Assembly (NCBI GenBank): GCA_038893995.1
Contig: JAWAQK010000003.1
Coordinates: 1 to 24,699, forward strand
Reading direction: 5' to 3'
DNA: 24,699 nt
Origin: Candidatus Thorarchaeota archaeon
Lineage (GTDB): Archaea > Asgardarchaeota > Thorarchaeia > Thorarchaeales > Thorarchaeaceae
Shown here piece after piece: positions 19,405 through 24,699 of this stretch (position 1 is its first letter; every line of letters begins with the position of its first letter). The translations under genes and the position numbers were made by a program. The notes beneath the pieces are model-generated. The model did no database searches. It was not told the origin of the DNA and saw nothing but the letters and a program-made list of their open reading frames with translations.

Positions 19405-20286
19405 GTGAACAGGCCGATGATAATCGTTCATGGTGGCGCAGGGAACTGGAAGGAAGAGCGACTGCCAGCAGCCATCGAACATGTCACGAGGGCTGCAACC
19501 ATCGGAATGGGACTGCTGAGCAGGGGACTTCATGCCCTTGATGCTGCAGAGGCCGCCACCGCATACATGGAGGGCTGTGGCGCCCTCAATGCAGGTGTCG
19601 GAGCTGTCAAGAACACTGATGGCCAGACCGAGCTGGACGCCATGATCGTGGACGGGGTTGCGCTAAGGTCAGGGGCGGTCATGGCTGTGACTGGCATCAG
19701 ACACCCGATCAGTCTGGCAAGGTACGTCATGGAACGTACGCCACACAGTCAGTTTGCAGGAGAGGGCGCTAGGAGGCTCTACCAGACCATGGTCTCTGAG
19801 GGCTACAGAAAAGAAGTTGAACCTGGGGTCACAGCATTGCCATCGGAACTGTCCGTGGGGCCATGTGGGGTCACCGACACCGTGGGATGCGTGGTAGTTG
19901 ACACAGAGGGAAGAATAGCATGTACCTCATCCACCGGCGGGATATCGGGAAAGATGGTGGGCCGTGTAGGCGACTCGCCAGTCTTTGGTGCAGGGGCGTA
20001 CGCTGACGAATACGCAGGCGCCTCCGCGACGGGCCAGGGAGAGCACATCATCAGAGTCTTGCTCACCCATACTGTAGTGAGTCTCATGCGCCAGGGACAG
20101 GACCCGTGGAGAGCCACTCGGGAAGGTATGAGGCTCCTCGAGTCAAAGACTGGGGGCATGGCAGGCGTGATTGCGGCAGACCGCGACGGAGAGTTTGGCC
20201 TCTACACTAATGCGAGAGCGATGCCGACGGTCCTGATACGTGGCGGGCAGGTCAAGAGGTTTGTGTACCGGGAGGAGATGGAGTGA
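19405..20286 (+). CDS. iaaA: Isoaspartyl peptidase / L-asparaginase type 2 (Ntn hydrolase)
   Basis: IIVHGGAG, NAGVGA, ELDAMI, autocleavage site DTVG (Thr nucleophile), TSSTGG, GRVGDSP, GAGAYAD, SATGQGE. Confidence 0.93.
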   Translation: MNRPMIIVHGGAGNWKEERLPAAIEHVTRAATIGMGLLSRGLHALDAAEAATAYMEGCGALNAGVGAVKNTDGQTELDAMIVDGVALRSGAVMAVTGIRHPISLARYVMERTPHSQFAGEGARRLYQTMVSEGYRKEVEPGVTALPSELSVGPCGVTDTVGCVVVDTEGRIACTSSTGGISGKMVGRVGDSPVFGAGAYADEYAGASATGQGEHIIRVLLTHTVVSLMRQGQDPWRATREGMRLLESKTGGMAGVIAADRDGEFGLYTNARAMPTVLIRGGQVKRFVYREEME

Positions 20287-20365
20287 GTAGATCTCTCATC
20301 GACCTGACACCGCCAGACCTCGTAAGGCCGGCCGTTCAGGGTCGGCTGTGACTTATCATGACGCT

Positions 20366-20794
20366 CTAGCCCTTCTGGGAGGTCAGCTGCTCCAGCACGG
20401 AGTAGTACTCAGCCAAGGGTCGAAGGCCCTGGAGTGCCGTGACGGGTCTGGAGTTTCTGAAGACGATGACTGTAGGCACCGCATATACCTGCATCTGAGT
20501 GGCGGTCCGGAGGTTGGTGTTGACATCCACCTTACCGAAGAAGACACGGCCCTCAAACTCTCTCGCCATCTCCTCGATCATCGGAGCCAAGGTCCTGCAG
20601 GGCGCACAGTGTTCTCCGAAGAAGTCGATGAGCGCATTGCGTGTCCGGCCTATAGTCGACCAAAAGGTGGAGTCTGTGAGGTGATGGACTCTCCCATCAG
20701 CCAGTGGTTCCGTTACTCTCTTCTCAACTGCCTGTCGCATCATGTTGAGCATCTTGCGGCGCCTTATGACAGCAAGCTCGTCATCCTCGGCCAT
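20366..20794 (-). CDS. Thioredoxin with N-terminal helical extension
   Basis: IDFFGEHCAPC (CxxC), FGKVDV, cis-Pro motif VPT. GGTGAGG SD precedes ATG 20794 (MAEDDELAVIRRRK). Confidence 0.9.
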   Translation of the reverse strand: MAEDDELAVIRRRKMLNMMRQAVEKRVTEPLADGRVHHLTDSTFWSTIGRTRNALIDFFGEHCAPCRTLAPMIEEMAREFEGRVFFGKVDVNTNLRTATQMQVYAVPTVIVFRNSRPVTALQGLRPLAEYYSVLEQLTSQKG

Positions 20795-20899
20795 TGTCCT
20801 CACCATCGGTTGTGTACAATTCATGCACAACCGCCTCTGTATTTAGGGATTCTGATATGGAGACCAACCAGCACAAGATCCGACAGTGTGAGATCAGGG

Positions 20900-22195
20900 T
20901 CAGCGTGGTGAGGCAGATCTCACGTACCTGAAGAACCACAGCAGGACCGCGATTCCTACCATGACCATTGCGATGGCCGCGACGAAACTGCCTCTGTAGG
21001 CATCGGCATTCGTGAAACCCTGACTGATGAGGATGTCTGCTATCGGCCCCGTGAGCAGTGTGGCTGCGATTCCCCAACTCAGGAAGGATGTGGCATTGTA
21101 GTAGGCAAACAACCGGCCACGATATTCTTCGGGAGCCATCCTCGCAACGATCGAGTAACTTGAGGCCTGGATGATGACCTGAGAGCTACCCACAAGGAAA
21201 GACGAGATCAGGGCCAGCATGAAGGAGGGCGTGAAGATGAGCCACGATATTGCAGCTACCGCCATCATGGTCCCTAGTACCATCACCCGGTTATCACTGA
21301 CCCTTGCCCCGACTGAACCGATGACCAGCCCCGCGATCATGGATGCGATGCTCCCCACGTTGCTGTAGAGGGCAATCCCCTCTCCGGATGCGTTGAATCC
21401 TGTCGGGTCGGAGAGAAAGAGGCTGGTGATTGTAGCGATGGAGTTCCTTCCAAAGTTGATGAGGATGAGAGCCGCGATGAATATCAGATAGCTGGTACGC
21501 AGGCCGGAGGGAAGATCGCTCAGCCTGTGCGAACCCGGCTGTCTGTCCGTACCCGGGCGGTCCAGCTCGTCTACTCTGCGGACGCGGACAGTGAAGTAGA
21601 CAATGAGGGCTGAGACAACCATTATGGCAGCGGCGATGTAGAATATGGTCCCGCTGGCGAACCCTGATCCCCCCTCATAGAGAAGACCTCCAAGGTACGC
21701 ACCTCCAAGCCCTCCAAATCCCCCAATTATGGAGAACTGACCCATGATCCTCTTTCTCTCGTCTGCCTCGGTCAGCTCAGAGATCAGGGCGGACCAGCCG
21801 ACATTGGACATGCTCCAGAACACCTCGATCCCGCCCAGGCTAAAGATTATCACGTATCCTGCGGGGATCAACCAGTTCAGCCCAAGGAAGTACATGTGTC
21901 CCGAAACCATGAAGATGTGTCCAATGCCGGCAAGGATCTCACCTATGACAACGAACTCGGTCGGCATTCTGTATCGGTCCAGTAGCCTGCCCCAGACGAG
22001 TGATTGTGTTCCAGCGTTGGCAAGCATCCCCACTGAGGCCATCAGCGTGACCTCTGTCGTCGATAGACCCAGCGACCTGAGGTAGATCGACAGAAAGGTG
22101 TACACTATGGCGCGCCTGAAGAAGGCTAGGACCTCGAATGTCGATAGTCCCGTGAACTCCCTTGCATTGATCCGAGAGTAGCTGAGTAGCCTCAA
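20900..22195 (-). CDS. MFS transporter
   Basis: About 12 TM helices in two halves; motif A-like WGRLLDRYR; second-half PEEYRGRLFAYY. Confidence 0.9.
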   Translation of the reverse strand: MRLLSYSRINAREFTGLSTFEVLAFFRRAIVYTFLSIYLRSLGLSTTEVTLMASVGMLANAGTQSLVWGRLLDRYRMPTEFVVIGEILAGIGHIFMVSGHMYFLGLNWLIPAGYVIIFSLGGIEVFWSMSNVGWSALISELTEADERKRIMGQFSIIGGFGGLGGAYLGGLLYEGGSGFASGTIFYIAAAIMVVSALIVYFTVRVRRVDELDRPGTDRQPGSHRLSDLPSGLRTSYLIFIAALILINFGRNSIATITSLFLSDPTGFNASGEGIALYSNVGSIASMIAGLVIGSVGARVSDNRVMVLGTMMAVAAISWLIFTPSFMLALISSFLVGSSQVIIQASSYSIVARMAPEEYRGRLFAYYNATSFLSWGIAATLLTGPIADILISQGFTNADAYRGSFVAAIAMVMVGIAVLLWFFRYVRSASPR

Positions 22196-22528
22196 GTTGG
22201 ACGCGGGTCGGACTGCAGCACCAGATATCAGTTTCTATGAGAGCGCGATGCCTCAAGCGCCCAAAGGGAGACTTGCAGCCGTACATCGACTGGACCCCCA
22301 TTCTAGCCTACCGTGCCAGTAGGGAGTGATCATGATCTCCACAGACAGGTGTCCAATTGGTCGGTCGACTCAGAGTGAATCCAGGACCGTGGGCCCACAT
22401 CTCCTCGTTGACTGACAGAGATGCTGCTGCGACCACTGAGACAGAATGGAATCCTGACGCGACTGGCATGCCAGTATGCAACTATTGCTGTCAATGGGGA
22501 AACTCAAGACAGAAGGACGGCACTGTGA

Positions 22529-22957
22529 TCACTCCTTCGAGCTGGGGGAGCCGAGACCGAGGAGACTCCTGACGAGCATTACGACCCTCTCGCTCATGGA
22601 CGTGGCACGTTCGGCCTCTGCGGGGTCATTGTAGTATCTGGACGGTATTCCGCCTGGCAGGCCATTTGGATATCGAGTGGGTATGTAGTAGTCGTCCAGT
22701 CGTCCGACTGAGGCAAGTTCGGTAAAGGCATTGTCAACCTCCGATGCTGTCTGCAAGAGGGATGTGACAGAGTGTGTGAGCAGCGGACCAAGACCGCGGC
22801 TATACAGGAATGCCTTCAGTGCCTTCTCTGCACTCTGCTGGCTGAGGTACAGGGCAAGGTAGTATCGCCCCTGTTGAGCAAGAAGACGCGCATCGCGAAG
22901 CTCGTCCTCGGCCTGTGTCAACCATCGGATTGCCTCGTTTCTTGGATCAGACCTCAT
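22529..22957 (-). CDS. HEPN domain protein (toxin of an MNT-HEPN pair)
   Basis: WLTQAEDELRDA, ALYLSQQSAEKALKA, THS and YIPTRYP, typical of archaeal HEPN proteins. Overlaps the MNT stop by 11 nt. Confidence 0.92.
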   Translation of the reverse strand: MRSDPRNEAIRWLTQAEDELRDARLLAQQGRYYLALYLSQQSAEKALKAFLYSRGLGPLLTHSVTSLLQTASEVDNAFTELASVGRLDDYYIPTRYPNGLPGGIPSRYYNDPAEAERATSMSERVVMLVRSLLGLGSPSSKE

Positions 22958-23291
22958 ACAGAACTTGTCCCCTCTCCATTATGGTCCTGAGCAGGGTGCT
23001 TGATGGGAGATCGTCCGCCAGTTCCTTGCTAGTGAATACCAGCAGGTCACATGCCACTGTTCGGCGTACGTGGGAGCCTATTATCTCGCGCCACTCCCTG
23101 CTCGACCGGTCAGGAGGCATTACGACAAGCAGGTCTATGTCACTCCACTCATGGACCTGGCCAGAGACCAGCGAACCGAACAGGATGATGCGTTGAGCCC
23201 CCACCCTGGCGAGCTCCTGCACCAGATCATCTAGGGCGGCCCGTAGTCGGACCTCGTGCCTCCTGCGCCGTTCCAGGATGTCCTGAATCAT
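22947..23291 (-). CDS. Minimal nucleotidyltransferase (MNT antitoxin)
   Basis: ILFGS...SDIDLLVV (GSx10DxD) motif, 114 aa, G..LY C-terminus, overlapping the HEPN gene. Confidence 0.93.
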   Translation of the reverse strand: MIQDILERRRRHEVRLRAALDDLVQELARVGAQRIILFGSLVSGQVHEWSDIDLLVVMPPDRSSREWREIIGSHVRRTVACDLLVFTSKELADDLPSSTLLRTIMERGQVLYEV

Positions 23292-23322
23292 GAAGACCCA
23301 TATCTAATACAGGAGTGTGTTC

Positions 23323-23330
23323 TTAAAAGC
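23323..23330 (-). promoter_or_regulatory. TATA box of the MNT-HEPN operon
   Basis: Minus-strand GCTTTTAA about 32 nt upstream of ATG 23291. Confidence 0.45.
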
Positions 23331-23461
23331 ATGGTCAGGAGAGAGAAGCAGTCTGTTCCCATGGGAGGCCAGCTGGGTCTGCTCCAGACCTGCTAGTCAT
23401 CACCTCGTTCGGAGCATGCATTCTGGTGATCGACATCTTCTCCGAAACTATCAGAACAGGT

Positions 23462-24216
23462 CTAGGGACGCGCCCTTGGCCATAACGGACCACTGGCGAT
23501 CAAGACATCGCCTCTGTTCACGACGATGAGCCGGTCCCGGGGGAGAGGTCTCCAGGGCTCGTCACTGAGGTTCTCGATCGTCGTTACGAGGTATGCCTGT
23601 CCGTACTGCTTCGATCTCCAGAGGTAGTACATCTGCTGGTGTTCGCCGTCATTGAATACGTATAGGTTGTCACCGTCAGTCAGGAGGATGTTCATCTTGC
23701 CGCCATACTCCTCCTTCAGTCTCTTCAGGCCCCGCTTGATGCCCGGATAGATACCCCTGAGGTCGGCTCTGTCAACATACTCCTCAAGCCGGTCCATGAT
23801 GAAGGAGAATGCCCTGGCAGAGTCAATATCGGACGGGGGATTGACCCGAGACGGGTAGTCGTTCTCTTCGATATTGCGGATAGTACCGTTGTGCGCAAAC
23901 AACCAGTCGCGTCCGTGAAAGCGTATCATGAACGGATGTGAATTGCATGAGTCTTTCCTACTCGAACAACTGGTAGCATACCTCACGTGCGCAACGATTG
24001 TCCTGCTCCTTGCAGCATGCACCACCTCATAGAACATCTGGTCCAAAGAGTTCCCAGTGACTGCGGCATCGGCAGACTTCTCCACGATCCCGCGTGTGTC
24101 GCAGAAGTAGCCAATACCCCAGCCATCTCTGCACCAGGCCCCCCTTTGAGCGAACACTGGCAACGACATCGTTGCCCTGTCGGGCTCGTTGCAGCTCATT
24201 CGAATAGCTCACACAT
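23462..24216 (-). pseudogene. Class II glutamine amidotransferase-like (YafJ/EgtC-type) gene with a frameshift at codon 6 (pseudogene, sequencing error or recoding)
   Basis: The body has DGWGIGYF, AHVRYAT, NSHPF, LFAHNGTI and IDS motifs. The minus strand from 24216 reads ATG TGT GAG CTA TTC GA ATG AGC TGC AAC: MCELF followed by a 2-nt codon remnant before MSCNEP. Confidence 0.8.
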
Positions 24217-24546
24217 CACTCAATCCCTTTGAATTGTGATTGTGCGCCTGCTATTACATCTATTCCCATCAGCGAGAGACCGGTGAGAACGACAACAGGA
24301 CTGCTCATGCTCTACCTTAAACGAAACTGGGGGGTGTGTGGCCCCCGGACCGGCCCATGCACCCAGGCGACCTTCTAGTCTCTTTCAAGACGCTAGTTGA
24401 TCAGGTCTTCAGAGAAGGCACTTCCCTCCCAGACGCCTCTGCCTGACTTTAGTTTCTCCTTGTGCGACGTTCCTGATGGTTCCCATGATACATCGATACG
24501 CGGCCATCATCACTGGAGAACTCATGCTGACTAGACATCCCGACCT

Positions 24547-24561
24547 CGAAACACATAATTA
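24547..24561 (+). promoter_or_regulatory. Putative BRE/TATA-like element upstream of the cmr1-like gene
   Basis: CGAAACACATAATTA about 32 nt upstream of GTG 24593; GGTG SD-like element at 24584-24587. Confidence 0.35.
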
Positions 24562-24592
24562 GGACGGTGCTAACTCGTCCAGCGGTGTTGGA

Positions 24593-24699
24593 GTGGAGTC
24601 TGTTGATGTTACCATAGAAACTATTACTCCTATACATACCGGCGGCATGGGTCCAGAGGATAATGCGATCCGGGAGACAGGGATAATGGGAGGTCTGCG
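24593..24699 (+). CDS. cmr1: RAMP superfamily protein, Cmr1-like (type III-B CRISPR-Cas), 3'-truncated by the window edge
   Basis: Translation from GTG 24593: MESVDVTIETITPIHTGGMGPEDNAIRETGIMGGLR. This matches the RAMP N-terminal pattern (T-x-T-P-h-x-x-G-G ... G-x-L-R) with the ETGI.G.LR variant I recognise from Cmr1. An in-frame TAG at 24560 bounds the start. Only 35 full codons are visible. Confidence 0.75.
   Translation, partial: MESVDVTIETITPIHTGGMGPEDNAIRETGIMGGL

Noticed and set aside
8217-22360. 13-bp direct repeat as att sites or target-site duplication of a 14-kb element
   Set aside because: A few 13-mer matches are expected by chance in 25 kb, there is no integrase, and the enclosed genes look chromosomal.
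24196-24198. TGA after MCELFE as selenocysteine readthrough
   Set aside because: The conserved GATase body is in a different frame, so readthrough would not restore it. MsrA, thioredoxin and the radical SAM enzyme all use ordinary Cys codons.
22196-24592. CRISPR array near the cmr1-like gene
   Set aside because: No regularly spaced direct repeats are visible in any intergenic region.

Overview
Archaeal chromosomal segment, probably Asgard (Thorarchaeota-like). This is inferred from the archaeal BRE/TATA promoters, the DUF1614 gene, the MNT-HEPN pair and the NosD/beta-helix surface protein with C-terminal Ig-like repeats; no marker gene confirms it. In order the window holds: a 5'-truncated HerA/FtsK-family ATPase; DUF1614; msrA; a polytopic membrane protein with a degenerate histidine-kinase-like C-terminus; a membrane-anchored surface protein rich in N-glycosylation sequons; an M3B oligoendopeptidase F divergent from a radical SAM/SPASM enzyme; two very large secreted proteins (NosD/beta-helix plus Ig-like repeats, and a DUF2341-like multidomain protein); an isoaspartyl peptidase/asparaginase; a thioredoxin; an MFS transporter; an MNT-HEPN toxin-antitoxin pair; and a class II glutamine amidotransferase-like gene. 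The ORF track misses two things. (1) The amidotransferase's catalytic N-terminus (MCELF) is out of frame with the rest of the gene by one base. (2) The last 107 nt encode the start of a RAMP protein with a Cmr1-type signature, so a type III(-B) CRISPR-Cas effector operon probably begins at the right edge. No CRISPR array, tRNA, rRNA or transposase was seen. All product calls are from motif recognition; no database searches were run.
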